Assembly: GCA_013265495.1 (NCBI GenBank)
Contig: MU058423.1
Span: 571,061 to 635,060, forward strand
Source: Vicugna vicugna
Lineage: Eukaryota
Direction: 5' to 3'
Length of the DNA stretch: 64,000 bases
The notes below the pieces were generated by a model, which was not told the origin of the DNA, made no database searches, and saw only the letters and a program-made list of their open reading frames with translations. Of the stretch, positions 48,745-60,400 are shown piece by piece (the first letter of the stretch is position 1; each line of letters opens with the position of its first letter). Both the position numbers and the translations under genes were made by a program.

Positions 48745-48845
48745 TGGTCGAGCGCTGTCCATACGCTCTGTACACGGCGTCTCCCGTAGTCCTCACGAGC
48801 ACCACTGAGAAAGGCATCGTCATGCCCACCTGCTGATGGCTCCGT
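48745..48845 (-). mobile_element. MIR fragment, unusually CpG-rich
   Basis: Collinear with MIR ('gagcgct..tacac..tctc..tagtcctcac..agcacc..tgag..aggca..gcccac..gatg'). Confidence 0.5.
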
Positions 48846-50229
48846 AAGGATGTCTGAGAGGTGCTTTTAAGAAACATCAGTATGGCCATAACAAGCTCTT
48901 TACCTTTGTATAGACTTTTCAGTTTACAAAGCACTGAATACCATTTTTTTTTCATATTCATGACAACCCTGTGAAATAGTCAGGGAAGAAATGTCCATGT
49001 CCATTTTATAGATTTAACCATGCGTTTCATGAATCCTACAGTACTGAATGCAGACAAATACTTCCTCTTCCAGGAGCCTGAGGTTAGGTGGTGTTTTCCA
49101 CAGAGTAGGCAGGGTAAATCCTTTAATGAAGATTCATGGAGCACAAGATCTGAAACCTCAGACCACGACTGGGGCCTCATATCCCCAAGAAAGGCTGGAA
49201 AGTTGAAGTTAATTAAAATCAAGGCAAGGAAATAGGCCCTCACCTTTCTCTAAGCAATCTCCACTGCTGCTTTATGCAGTACTTCCCACACCGTCTGATG
49301 GAACACGCAGACTCAGAAGGATCAAGGCCATCACCAAAAGACTCATGTCTACTAGAGGCTGAGGGAGGACATGAATGCGGGCCTTTTGGATCTTGGTGCA
49401 GTCATTTTTCCACTCTGGCACTCTGTTTACTGAATGATCAGGGGTCCTGATACTGGCCAAGGCCCAATGTCCTTAGGATAGTGACTTTTGTGCCGGTCGG
49501 GCCAGCTTTATTACTACGCTTGTCCCTCTGTTCCTTCTTCCCCTTATCCACTGCTCCTGCCTCCACGAACGTCCGGGGTCCTCTTGATGCCCCAGTTTGC
49601 TTTGAACCCTTTCTAAGCTGCCTCAGCAGGCACCCCTCTCAAGCAGGCTACCAGGCCCTGGGCTCGGCTCTCTGAGAAAGTATAGATGCTGGTGCTGTGA
49701 TCCAGGGCCTGACCCACTGGCAGCCACTGAAGTCTGAGTTTGGGTCTTAAAGAGCCAACCCCGTCTCCCATCAGTGTAATTAAGCGTGGGGACTGGAGCT
49801 TTCAGGGCCTTACCGATGCACATCATCTAAGGTCAGAGATTCTTAAGGAGTTCATTGCTTTGTGTTTGTTTCTGTTTATCATTACTGGGTTTTAAGACTC
49901 CAGATGTCTTTGGAGCTCAACCCTTGATTGCAAATGGGAGCCAAGTAAAGATGAGACAGACTGCTTGGGGAGGTTAGGGGGCGATTAAAGATCAAGATGA
50001 CTAAACGGGGAAGACAGGCATCTTGTCCTCTTGCCAGGACTGAGTTAAACATCTGCCTTGCCTGACGACTCCCGTAGCATCCCAGAGGAGAGCGAGAGGG
50101 TGGGAGAGAGGACTTGTTACTAGCAGTGCTCTTTTCATGGTTTCCAGCTAATTCTCAGGCTTTTTAGGAAGGCAGTCATGGCACCCACAAATTGTGATGA
50201 TCATGTTCTTGCTTTTCAATATTTACTAC

Positions 50230-50420
50230 CTTTACCCACCTTGGTAAATTATTTAACCTTTCAGTGACTTGTTTCTGTATCTGTAGAATGGGTATAATAA
50301 TGGTGTCACCCCAAATGGTACCAGCAACTGAAGGGTTATTGTGTGAATTAAGCAAAACCTGAAAAGTACTTGAAGCAGTGCCTGGAACATAGTATTATAC
50401 AATCACATTTTAGTTATCTT
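50230..50420 (+). mobile_element. MIR SINE
   Basis: 'ccttggtaaattatttaacct..gtttctgtatctgtagaatgggtataataatgg..cagtgcctggaacatagta'. Confidence 0.8.
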
Positions 50421-50893
50421 TAGTATTATTTGCACATCATGTCATTTAATTAGCCAGGGCTTTCAAAACACTGATACATAATAGTGAGTGATAATAGGAA
50501 TCCTTGTGTTGTTTCTGAGACTTAATGGGGCTATATCTAAGATGTTATAATCAAGTCTGACGTTGACTATTAGTGTGAGACAAAAAAGAAAGAATCTTCC
50601 TAGGGTGTGTCTTCCATCCTCTGGAGCATGTATGACTAGTGCCTCCTGTGCATTGGTTGCCTCTTGCTCACGTGATATAATTAGCCTGATGCCATCAACA
50701 CCATGGACCAGTGTGGTGCTCTGTGGCGTGACTGGATGTTCCAGATCTCCTTAGGCTGGAATTACGACAGAAGGTAGCAGAGTAAAATAAGCCAGAGGCA
50801 AAACTGTAAACTAATACGATCTGTTCCGTGGAAGCGTGAACTGTTTCTGATTCTCTTTCTTGGTTGGGGCAGAAAAAAATGCATTTGCCATAT

Positions 50894-51213
50894 ACCTTTG
50901 TTTGTATTATTTTTTAGATTCCATATATAAGTGATATCACACAGTGTTTGTCAGACTCACAGATGCAGAAAACAAACTACCAGTGGGAAGAGGGAAGGGG
51001 AGGGGCAAGGCTGGGGTAGAGGATGAAGAGATACAAAGTCCTATGTATAAAACAGATAAGCAACAAGGATATATTGTACAGCACAGGGAATTATAGCCAT
51101 AATCTTGTAACTTTAAATGGAGTGTAATCTATAAAAACATTGAATTGCTATGCTGTACACCTGAAGCTAAGATAATATTGTAAATCAACTCTGTTTTGAT
51201 TTAAAAAAGTGAC
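50894..51213 (+). mobile_element. Short L1 3'UTR insertion with 5' inversion (50894-50952 inverted)
   Basis: Antisense 'tttagattccatatataagtgatatc..tttgtc' joined to sense 'agactcacaga..gaaaacaaac..tgtacacctgaa..atattgtaaatcaact'. TSD tgcatttgcca(t/c)at (50880-50893 / 51214-51227). Confidence 0.85.
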
Positions 51214-51722
51214 TGCATTTGCCACATCCGTGGGCGCATATCTGTGCCTTATTACTGTTCTGGCAGAGATGTTGGCACAGCCATTGGGCCCGGGGCCACC
51301 AGTTGTTTGAGCCTGTGGGAGTCTACAGTCGTCCTCTAGGACGCATCCAGGTTCTTCTGGGGTCGGACTGGAGAATTAAATAGAGCTATGAAAGGACCTA
51401 CCATTGTGCATCCATTAATCTTCACCTTCCCTCCAGGGATGCTCTCTTATTTTTTATTAACTATGTTGGCCAAAGGGGGTCAGTTCAGGGACTGCCTGTT
51501 GGTCTTCCCCTGATATAAATTCTCACCTCACAGGCCAAGGACCCACTGTGGTGTTTACTCCAACTGCCAGTTACGTCAATCCCAGTGATACACTCAGCGA
51601 TCAGGGAAATGACCGCCAGGTGGGCTCACAGACCCAGTGGACCACTAGGGGCAGACTGGTCAGATTGCACTGATTACCTCGCCCCTCTGTGCCCCCACTC
51701 TTACAGGGGCATGATGAAGGTA

Positions 51723-52714
51723 CAGATCTTCCTCAACTCAGGATGGGGTTACATCCTGATAAACCCATCATAAGTTGAAAATGTAAGTCGAAAATGCATT
51801 TAATACACCTAACCAACTGAACATCGTGGCTTAGCCTAGCCTACCTTAAACACGCTGAGAATACTTACATTCGCCTACAGTGGGGCAACATCATCCAACA
51901 CAAAGCCTGTTTTATACTAGAGTGTTGAGTATCTCAGGTACAGGCATAGCTTGTTTTACTGAGCTTTGCTTTATCTCACTTGACAGATACCGCATTTTTT
52001 ACAAGTTGAAGGTACATGGCCTTCCTGCATTGGGCAAGTGTTGATGTCATTTTTCCAACAGCATTTGCTCACTTCATGTCTCTGTGTCACATTTTGGGAA
52101 TTCTTGTACTATTTCAAACTTTTATTATTATTATATTTGTTATGGTGTTCTGTGATCAATCATCTTTGATGTTACTTTTGCAAAAAGATTATGACTTGCT
52201 GAAGACTCAAATGATGGTTAGTATGTTTTAGCAATGAAGTATTTTTAAATTAAGATATTTACGTTTTTCAGACATCATGCTATTGCGCACTTAATAGACG
52301 ACAGTATAGTGTAGACATAACCTTTATATGCACTGGGGAACCAAAATTTGTGTCACTTGCTTTATTGCGGTACTGGCTTCATTGTGGTGGAACCAGACCC
52401 ACAGCATCTCGGAGACATGCCTATGATCTACTAATACTGGACTGAAAAGGACAACCAGAATGGTTGTATGGGTGTGGAATGATTGCAGCTGTATTAATTG
52501 CTTAGCCTTGTGATCGTGTAGCTGACTAGGGGCTGCGGCTTGCTGTAGAGCATCACAAGAGAATATTGTACCACATATCGCTAGCTTGGGAAAAGATCCA
52601 AATTCAAATTTTGAACTATGATTTCTACTGAATGCGCATTGCTTTTGCACTGTTGTAAAGTCAAAAAATTGTCAGTGGAATCATTGTAATTCATTGTAAT
52701 TCAGGGCCCATCTG
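51723..52714. mobile_element. Tigger4-derived (MER46/Zombi) DNA transposon
   Basis: cagat...atctg termini with TA on both sides. 'gatggggttacatcctgataaacccatcataagttgaaaat', 'ttctactgaatgcgcattgcttttgcac'. Confidence 0.85.
51941..52423. mobile_element. Internally deleted Tigger1 (Tigger1a-type) nested in Tigger4
   Basis: TA|caggcata start. Tigger1 left end joined at 'gatgttacttttg|caaaaagattatgact' to the right end 'gcactggggaaccaaaatttgtg..catctcggagacatgccta'. Confidence 0.85.
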
Positions 52715-52879
52715 TACAGGTCGGGGTGTCATTGTTAACTTGTGTCCAACGTCCTTGAAATGTTTGGGTATTTACCTTTTCCCAGGGTGCAGATACTCAA
52801 GTAAATGTCTCTAGGCCCCTCTGGGGGAAGGACTGAAGGAGTCTTTATCGCATATATTTCCCGAGTTGTTGCAGGTCCC

Positions 52880-54330
52880 TTCATCCTGGGGCCCCAGCCA
52901 CATCGTCAGAGAATTTCCAGATCTGGAAATTGCCGCTGCAAAGGATCAGCTTGCAGCAGCTGACCTCCTCCTCCTCCTGATAATACATTCTTACTTTCTT
53001 TTGGTTGCATATATTGAGCAGAGCCCTTGTTGGCTGCCCGTCTACGTTGCCCCCAGAAGCACCGAGTTCTCTTACCATCCCTATAACTCTCTGTGGGTCA
53101 GATCCCTTGGCTGTCACCCTGACTGTGCCAGTCATTATAGTAATTGCAACTTTCTGGCTTCTGGTGGTTAAACGCTGTCACCTGACTTCTATTGCTTGGC
53201 ATGAGGGTACTTGGAGGGCATCCCCCCTTACTGCGAATCAGCCAAGCACTCTGACTGCCTCTCCTGCCGTTAGCCCTGGCCGGCAGAGGGGAGCCACAAC
53301 TGAACTTAACAGTGATACAGGCAGCACCCTCCCAGAGCACTCCTGATGGCCTGAGCCCTCCCAGGTCACATAATCCTTAAGTGAGTCTTCTGGCCTCACT
53401 TCCCTTAGCCTTTATCTCTGCCTCCATCCACCCTAGCAGTTTATACATTTCAACTTTGCTCAATGTGGGACTTCATTTTTTCCTAAGTTTCTAAGAGTCA
53501 CCATAGAAGATAGTTTTTCCTGTCCCGTGCGGTCCTTACCAGAGGGTGTTAACTTTTATTTCCTGAGAAAGTGCCCCAAAGTCAATGAACCCTTCTCTGT
53601 CCAGTCCCTTTGAGCATGCGTCTTAAACATTCCATCCTGTGCGTACTTCCTTGGCTCCTGCCTGAACAGGTTAGCTAATTCTCACAGCTCCTTTGGAGTA
53701 CAATCTCTTTCCTCCCTTCTCAGGCCCAGCTTTCCCCAGCTGGATGCTGAGATTTACACCTAGTTATCACAGTGGCAGCCAGGAGGAAGTAGGGACAGCT
53801 CTTGAAGGGTGGCCTTGTGGCTTTGTATGAGAGAGGCCTCTGCAGTACCTTCCCATGAAGGGGAAGTCCCGTCTCTGAATAGGGAAGGCAGGCCACTCTG
53901 CAGGCTCAACAGGGTTTGCAGAGACAGTCCTCTGAGGGGTCCACCTAAAGGCACCACCCCCTTTCTCAGGGTCCCAGGTTTTCCCAGCAAGGGCCCTAAC
54001 CTTAGCACAACAGAACTGCCTTGGCTGAGCCATCAAATGGTCTTTGAAACTGCATGACCCTAACTATGAGATCCTGAGTTATATCCATTCTCCCACAGCA
54101 GGAGATAATGGCCTCTACCAAAGAAACCCCTGGCTCTCAACTGAGTTTTTAACTATTAACCCTCAGGGGCTCAGTGTGCCTCTGTAGAACATCAGTGCAA
54201 CCTGGTAATAAGCTGCCAGTCCCAGTGACCTTGGATGCCTTGGTCCCCCTGCACCCTTTAAGTGCCAGGATGTTCTCCTCCCCTTTAACAATGGAGCCCC
54301 TACCTGGTGCCAGGGACTAGCCATGGCCCC
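52880..54330 (-). pseudogene. gag: ERV-L gag remnant
   Basis: Minus translation: PTLSKVEM..RLREV..WEG..SSVVAPLCRPGLTAGEAV..QVTAFNHQKP..NVDGQPTRALLNICNQKK, matching recalled ERV-L Gag motifs. Many stops and frameshifts. Right boundary approximate. Confidence 0.75.
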
Positions 54331-54434
54331 ACATATCACCCAATAGGGTCTTCCTTTCCCTCTGAGCAGTAAGAGATCCAGTCTCAAAGCCCCATCTCCA
54401 GCCCCTGTTTTCTTGGACCACTTCTGGAACCAAC

Positions 54435-54843
54435 TGTGTCATTTGGATGCCAAAATGGGTTAAAAGTGCAGGAGATTAATCAGAGGTATGCTTGTGAAGG
54501 ACACAGTGAAGGGAGATCTGGAGTAGGCAGGAAAAGCCTTCACACCGTGATGCAGATGTGACCCTGTGAAAGAGGAGGAGAAAGGAAGGGAGATGGTCTA
54601 GGAAGAGCCTGAGGCTGTGGTGCAGCTCTGAGGAAGTTTCCAGCACAATGGAAATATTTGGTGCAGACAGTTCTCCTAGAGGAGTCCCACATGGCAGAAA
54701 TGGCCAGGCCCCAGGGTTGCCTCTGTGCTCAGGGATGGACTGGCTGCTGCCCAGGAAGAGCATGACCTTGGCTCAAACAAGGCAGGAGCCTGAAGGTGCT
54801 GTGGCTGAAACCAGATCTCAGAGATGCACCTCAACTGCCAAAC
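54435..54843 (-). mobile_element. LTR16-type 5' LTR
   Basis: 'aagccttcacaccgtgatgcagatgtgac..ctgtgaaag', 'tagaggagtccc..ggcagaaatggccaggccc', 'ctgcccaggaagagcatgaccttggctc'. Confidence 0.8.
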
Positions 54844-55109
54844 TATGGCATAACAAACCCCCAGTCATGTCTTGTGATTATGTGAGTCTAGACATGGATA
54901 AAGAGCTAGTAATGTACACACCTCATAATTAACAGAACTTACCTTTCAAGAAGGGAGTAAGAAAACTGAAGGAAGAATGTTCACATTTTATTCCATGTCT
55001 TTTTGTATTGCTTTAATTTTTGTAATAATTTATTCTCATAAAATAATTTGTGTGGCTAGAAGTAAAAATATAAACTTAACCTGTGAATCCTTTTTTAAAT
55101 CCTTTAAAA

Positions 55110-55665
55110 AACGTTTTAAATTGAAGTGTAGTTGATTTACAATATTAGTTTCTGGTGTACAGCAAAGTGATTCAGTTATACATACACATATAAATATATA
55201 TTTTCTTTTCAGATTCTTTTCTGTTATATGCTATTACAAGAAATCAAATATAGTTCCCTGTGCTATGCAATAGGTCCTTGGAGTTTATCTATTTTATGTA
55301 TAGTAATATGTGTCTGTTAACCCCCAACCTCTAATCTATCCCTCCCTGTCCTTTCCCCTTTGGTAACCATAGTTTGTTTTCTATGCCTGTGAATCTGTTT
55401 TTGGTTTTTAAATAAAATTTGTATCATTTTTTAAAGATTCTATGTATAAGTGATACCATATGATATTTGTCTTTGTCTGGCTTACTTCACTCAGTATGAT
55501 AATCTCTAGGCTCATCCATGTTGCTGCAAATGGCATTATTTCATTCTTTTTCATGGCTGAGTAATATTCCATTGTGTCTATATACCACATCTTCTTTATC
55601 CATTTATCTGTCGATGGATATTTCGGTTGTTTCTGTATCTTGGCTATTGTAAATAGTGCTGCTAT
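55110..55665 (-). mobile_element. Young L1 3' end (similar to 4371-5151)
   Basis: 'aattgaagtgtagttgatttacaatattagtttc'. ORF2 tail peptide IAALFTIAKIQKQPKYPSTDKWIKKMWYI..EYYSAMKKNEIMPFAATW. Confidence 0.9.
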
Positions 55666-55669
55666 GCAT

Positions 55670-57010
55670 TCAAATTTGACTTGTATTAACATCTCACCTT
55701 TGCTTTTTTAATTTGCATTTATTTGATGTATCTCTACCAACCTTTTTGCTTTTTATCTTTCTGATCTATTTTATGCTAAGTGTTTCCCTTGAGTTTAAAA
55801 ATTTTAAACTTGAGTTTTTTGTCTTTTGAAAGGGATTTTTAAACCTATTTATTTTTGTGGTGATAACATCTTTTTGAGTTTACTGCTATCTTTTTGTTGT
55901 ATGCTATAGCAGCTGGGTTCCTATTTGTACACAACAGAAACCTAATCTATCTAACACAGCAGGAAAAGTACATATTGTGGGCTGACTGGGGAGATAGAGA
56001 ACCAGGCTTAGAGAATAAGTGAGAACTATGGAAGGCAAGACAGAGCTGAGATCATGAGATCATGCTCCGCGGTCATGCCAGAACCCTGCAGCTGGATCTC
56101 TGTTCCTGCCACCTTCGTATGGAACTATTTCTGGTTGCTTCTATATACTTCTACATAGCAGCCACCCCCAAACAATCTCTGACTGCACCTGCACTTTGTG
56201 TCACTCCTCACTTTCAGAGCCAGAGTTTGGATCATCTGATAGGCCAAGCCCAAGATTCATGCCTGGCCAGATGCCAAGGAAAGGATGCTCTGATCCCTTC
56301 AGCTTCCATCCCTGGAGCCAGAGTCCAGCCAGATGCAGAACAGCCAGGAAAAACAAACATGCACTGTGTATGCTTTGGTTATTTATAACTTTTTTCCCTG
56401 TCCTTTGGCATTTAGGCTTTATTTCCCTTTGCTTTTGAAAAATCATCTCCAGTGTTTAAAATCATAGGTACCACATTGAATACTCTTACATTTCCAAAGT
56501 GTACTTTCAATTTTTATGCTTTTTGTACTTTTACTTTTGTGTCTCACTGAATATTTAAAGTCAACAGTGAAATATCATCTTTGGGTGTCCCATATTTAAG
56601 ACTAAAATTCGAACATTTTCTTTTTTGTTCCCCTTCCCAATTCATTTCAGCAAGCCTGCCTGTGGTCTTCTTTAAGTCCTCTCTCATTTTTACCTTTTGC
56701 CTTCTGTCTCTAAATTCTGGGAGTGTTTCTCAAATGTGTCCTTCAAATTGTTGATTCTCCTTTCTACAATTAAAAAAAAAGATCCAGCTTGTTACTACCT
56801 CCAAAGTAGACTCTAATTATTTTAATACACACTTTTACCTTCCTTCAAATTCTTCCATATATCATTGATCTCTCTTTTAAGTACATTCTTTTATTTTTAT
56901 TTCATTGTGTACTGAGTTTTTGTTCATGTTTTTTGGAGATACTGTATTTTTGCATTCTATTAAAACCATCAGATTATTTCTGGAAATTTCCTTCTGTGTC
57001 CTGTAGTATA
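55670..57010 (-). mobile_element. Old L1M fragments with an inserted old MLT1 (L/M/N-type) LTR at ~55900-56365
   Basis: T-rich antisense L1M ('ctttttaatttgcatt', 'aattctgggagtgtttctc'). MLT1 motifs 'caacagaaacc', 'catctgataggccaagccca'. Confidence 0.55.
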
Positions 57011-57599
57011 TGATTTTCGGAGGTGTAGAGGTAGAGTGACGAAAGTTTGGCTGTGGTACAAATTATTTGGATATGGTAGTGGTAGGTTTTAATTTTCTGT
57101 CTTGATGAAAAGATCATAAGTCTTACATGATTGCAGAGGAAATAGGATCATCAATCACTAGTTTTCTTTTACAAATACTTTGATGTACATTTGATAATTT
57201 TACCACATTTCTAATAGAAAAAAATTTGATCTACTCTCCCTTTGCCCTCCGCAACCCCCAGCTGGGCCTCAGAGCTCCTCAGGTGCTCACCAGTACACCT
57301 CTCTCTGTGTCTTCTGGGTGACGCTCCTCTTTTCGCTTAGGCCCCCTATCAGCCATATTCTTGAGCCTTTTTCTCGCCTTGAGCAAAGCAGGGACTCCCA
57401 GGCTTGGTGTTTTCCCACAGGCAAGGTGTGTGGACCGTCTCGGCCTCCTCTCTGTGCACTGGATCAAGTCAGTGGACAGACCCCTGCACCTGACTTCCAG
57501 TCTGATTCTTAGTGACGCGGCTTCTCCTGCTCCTGTTTCTGGTCCTGATGTGCTATATTAATGGACATACTAGAACTCACTTTCTTATAGTCTAAGTGA

Positions 57600-57830
57600 G
57601 ACACACCCCCACTTTCTGCCCCGCAAGGTGCTTTATAATGTCTCTTTCCATAAACTCATTCATACTAGTAATGACTTGTTTCATGTTTGGCATGTTCCAC
57701 TAGACTGGCAGCTCTACAAGGATAGAGTCTTTGTCTATTTTGTTAACTGCTGTATTCGGAGTACTTAGCACAGAGCCTGGCACTAGTATATACATAATAA
57801 ATATTTAGTGAATGAATGACTGGATGGAAA
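57600..57830 (+). mobile_element. L2 3' end
   Basis: 'ccactagactgg..ctacaaggatagag..cttagcacagagcctggcac..taaatatttagtgaatgaatga'. Confidence 0.85.
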
Positions 57831-57995
57831 ATTATAATTAGCAGTATGTATAGCAGCCAAGATTTTTCTTATTGTTGCTTCCAGCTACCACAACTCTTTT
57901 TTTTTTAAATGGGTCCTAATAGTATCAGTTAGGAACCAGAGAATGACAAATACATCATGTCTTCCAAACTTTTTAGGTCCTCTCCACTTTGTGAG

Positions 57996-58405
57996 TATAT
58001 CTGGGTAGACTATATTCTATAGCAAACAATTTCAAAATCTCAGTTTATTGATAAAATGATCATTTATCAGTCACATCCCAGTTCAGTGTGTGTTGGTGTC
58101 AGGAAGTGGGTCAGAGGCTAGTTCTACTCACAGAGGGACCTGGAACCCTCCCATCTTGTGTCTCCACCCACTTCTACATGTTTGGAACCCTTTCCATTCA
58201 ATCAGAGGATGGAGAAAGAAAGCATGGAGGATTGTGCTTGAGAGGTTTTTACGGGCCAGTCCTGGAGGTGGCCCGTATTATTCTGCTCATATTCCATTGA
58301 CCAGAACTCAGGCATGTGGCTACATCCAGCTGCAAGGAAGGCTGTAAAATGTAGCTAATGTGTGGACCCAGGAAAAAGAGGTGAACACCAGCAGGCTCTG
58401 CCACA
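57996..58405 (-). mobile_element. MLT1J-type MaLR solo LTR
   Basis: 'ctgctcatattccattgaccagaactcag..catgtggc..ctgcaaggaaggctgtaaaatgtag..ctctgccaca'. TSD-like flanks gtgag/atgag. Confidence 0.8.
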
Positions 58406-59251
58406 ATGAGGCAAAACCTCCATGTGATGAGGTTAAACCTGGGAAGGGGTTTACATTCCAATTCTGCTTGCCTCTTAGAAAGCAGAGATTCCCTCCAGAG
58501 TCTGTCACTGAGTCATCCATCAATCTTTGTTTCCAACATTGTGAATTTTTATCCTTATCTATGTTTCCATGGGTATTTTAGTGGGGAAGTTGATAAAGGC
58601 TTCACTGGTAAACGTTAGGTTCAGTTTTAAACTGGAAGTTCTCTTTGAATCCTCCCTGGTAGATGTTTTGTTGTATGTTGTTTTGTTTTGAACCTAAATG
58701 AGAAATTGTACGTTTATTTCCATTACGATTTACTGCATTAGAGTCAGACCGTCATTCAGCCTGCCAAGACTTCTTTGTATCTTCATACCATCCCCAAGGT
58801 TACTGTTGTATGTTCTCCAGGAGACTGCAACCCATATAACCTAGATCATTCTTTTTCGGGCAGATGGAGATGACTGAGTTGGGTAGAGAGAGCTGGTCTC
58901 TCTTTTATAACTTAGGGGCTGGTTGACCAAAGTATTTGTAGCAGGTCCCCTTAAGTATTCAGCTGCCCATGGCCTTCTCCTGCATGGTTCATTTGTTTGC
59001 TTGGTGACATTGTTAAAAAGCTACAGAGAGAGAGGGAATCTCAAGCAGAGAAAGAAACATGAAAATACCAATCACTGTACCATTAAGGGCCACCCGTGCC
59101 CCATCTCCTTCCTTCTTTCTACCCTTGGCCGCACTGAGGTCAAGTTTCCGGGATTATTTATTTACCTCTGCTTAGATGGGAGAGACTGTGGTCTTTGCTG
59201 GAGGCTCTGATTGGACAACGAATATATCTAAATTGGGAAATGAATGCTAGG

Positions 59252-59689
59252 TGCAATGGTCAAGTTTATGTGTCAACTTAGTTAGGCTATGGAACCCAGA
59301 TATTTGGTCAAACACTACTTTAGATGTTTTTGTGAAGGCACTTTTCAGATGAGATTAACATTTAAATGTTAGACTTTGAGTAAAGCAGATTATCCTCCAT
59401 AATGTGGGTGAGTGGCATTCAATCAGTTGAAGGTCTTAAGAGGAAAAAGCCTGACCTTCCACAAGGAAGAGGGCAGATTGCCTTTGGACTCTAGCTGCAA
59501 CATCAAACTCTTCCCTGGGTCTCCAGCCTGCTGGTCCGCCCTGCAGATTTTGGACTTGCCAGCCTTCATAACCACATGACCCAATTCCTTGAAATACCTC
59601 TTTTATTCCCTCTCTCTCCTTCTCTCTCTCTCTCTCCCCACCCCACATTCTCTGTTGGTTCTGTTTCTTGGAGAATCCTAACTAACATA
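59252..59689 (+). mobile_element. MLT2 (ERVL) solo LTR, MLT2B/D-type
   Basis: 'tttatgtgtcaacttag..cccagatatttggtcaaaca..gactttgagtaaagcagatt..cctgcagattttggacttgccagcc..ttggttctgtttc..ggagaatcctaactaa'. TSD ctagg/ctaag. Confidence 0.9.
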
Positions 59690-59829
59690 CTAAGCAATCA
59701 CCATCACCTCTCCTCTAGAGATGGAGACAAAAGCACCATCTCCAGACATCCCTCTTTCCTTTTCCCTCACATGTTTTTCCTTAGATCTTCCATGGTTCAT
59801 CCCCTGCCTCCTCATCATCGTTGTTACCA

Positions 59830-60400
59830 CCATGGCCATTTATGAAATATTTTTGATGTATGGGATATTGCATGGTGTTTATATGTATCATACAATGTAT
59901 TCCTCACAATAATCCTATGAGGTAGAAATTATTATTATCTTCACTCTACAGATGAGGAAAGTATTGTCCAGGGAAGAAAACTGATTTGTCCAAGGTCATG
60001 CTACTAAGTGAAAAAATAATTTTCAAACCTGAGATATCTAACTCCAAAGCCCCACTTTGAATAATCATAGTACTATGATATCTATTACAAACCCTACTGT
60101 ACAGGTATTACAGGAATTAAAATTTAGTATGCAGTGATCCTGAGAAGTTGAGTGTCCACCAGGGCCAGGGCTTAGAGAGTACCCTCGACACAGAGAAGTT
60201 AATACGGCCATGGGTAAAGAGCACTCTATGGAGATGCTCAAGTTCTGGCTCTATTACACTTTCTGTCTGTATAAACTTGGACAAGTTTCTTAACCTCCAT
60301 ATTCTCAGTTTCCTTTTTGGTAAAATGGAAATAACACTATTCACCTATGTGGTTTGTTGAGGATTAATTGAGATAAAGCTTGCAAAATACATGTTTTTAG
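59830..60400. mobile_element. Divergent MIR pair: MIR(-) 59830-60070 and MIR(+) 60200-60400
   Basis: 'cctcacaataatcctatgaggtag..tacagatgaggaaa' and 'cttggacaagtttcttaacctc..ctcagtttcct..taaaatgga'. Confidence 0.85.

Larger units (their letters stand above)
50592..52830 (-). pseudogene. pol: ERV-L protease and RT remnant, split by Tigger and L1 insertions
   Basis: Minus translation with stops and frameshifts: PQRGLETFT*VSAPWEKVNTQTFQG/LDT; PVRVGAQRGEVI; VISLIAECITGIDV; FNSPVRPQKNLDAS*RTTVDSHRLKQLV; ANAFFSAPTKKENQKQF; TLVHGVDGIRLI. The YIDD active site has decayed to GVDG at 50691-50702. Confidence 0.85.
50592..54843 (-). mobile_element. Defective ERV-L-class provirus (LTR16 / ERV3-16A3-like): 5'LTR-PBS-gag-pro-RT, truncated in RT, with nested insertions
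   Basis: LTR at 54435-~54843. PBS-like 'tggttccagaagtgg' adjacent on minus. Hand-translated gag, protease and RT motifs occur in the correct order. Confidence 0.85.

Noticed and set aside
52880..54330. Domesticated ERV-L gag (Fv1-like restriction factor)
   Set aside because: The reading frame is broken by multiple stops, frameshifts and deletions.
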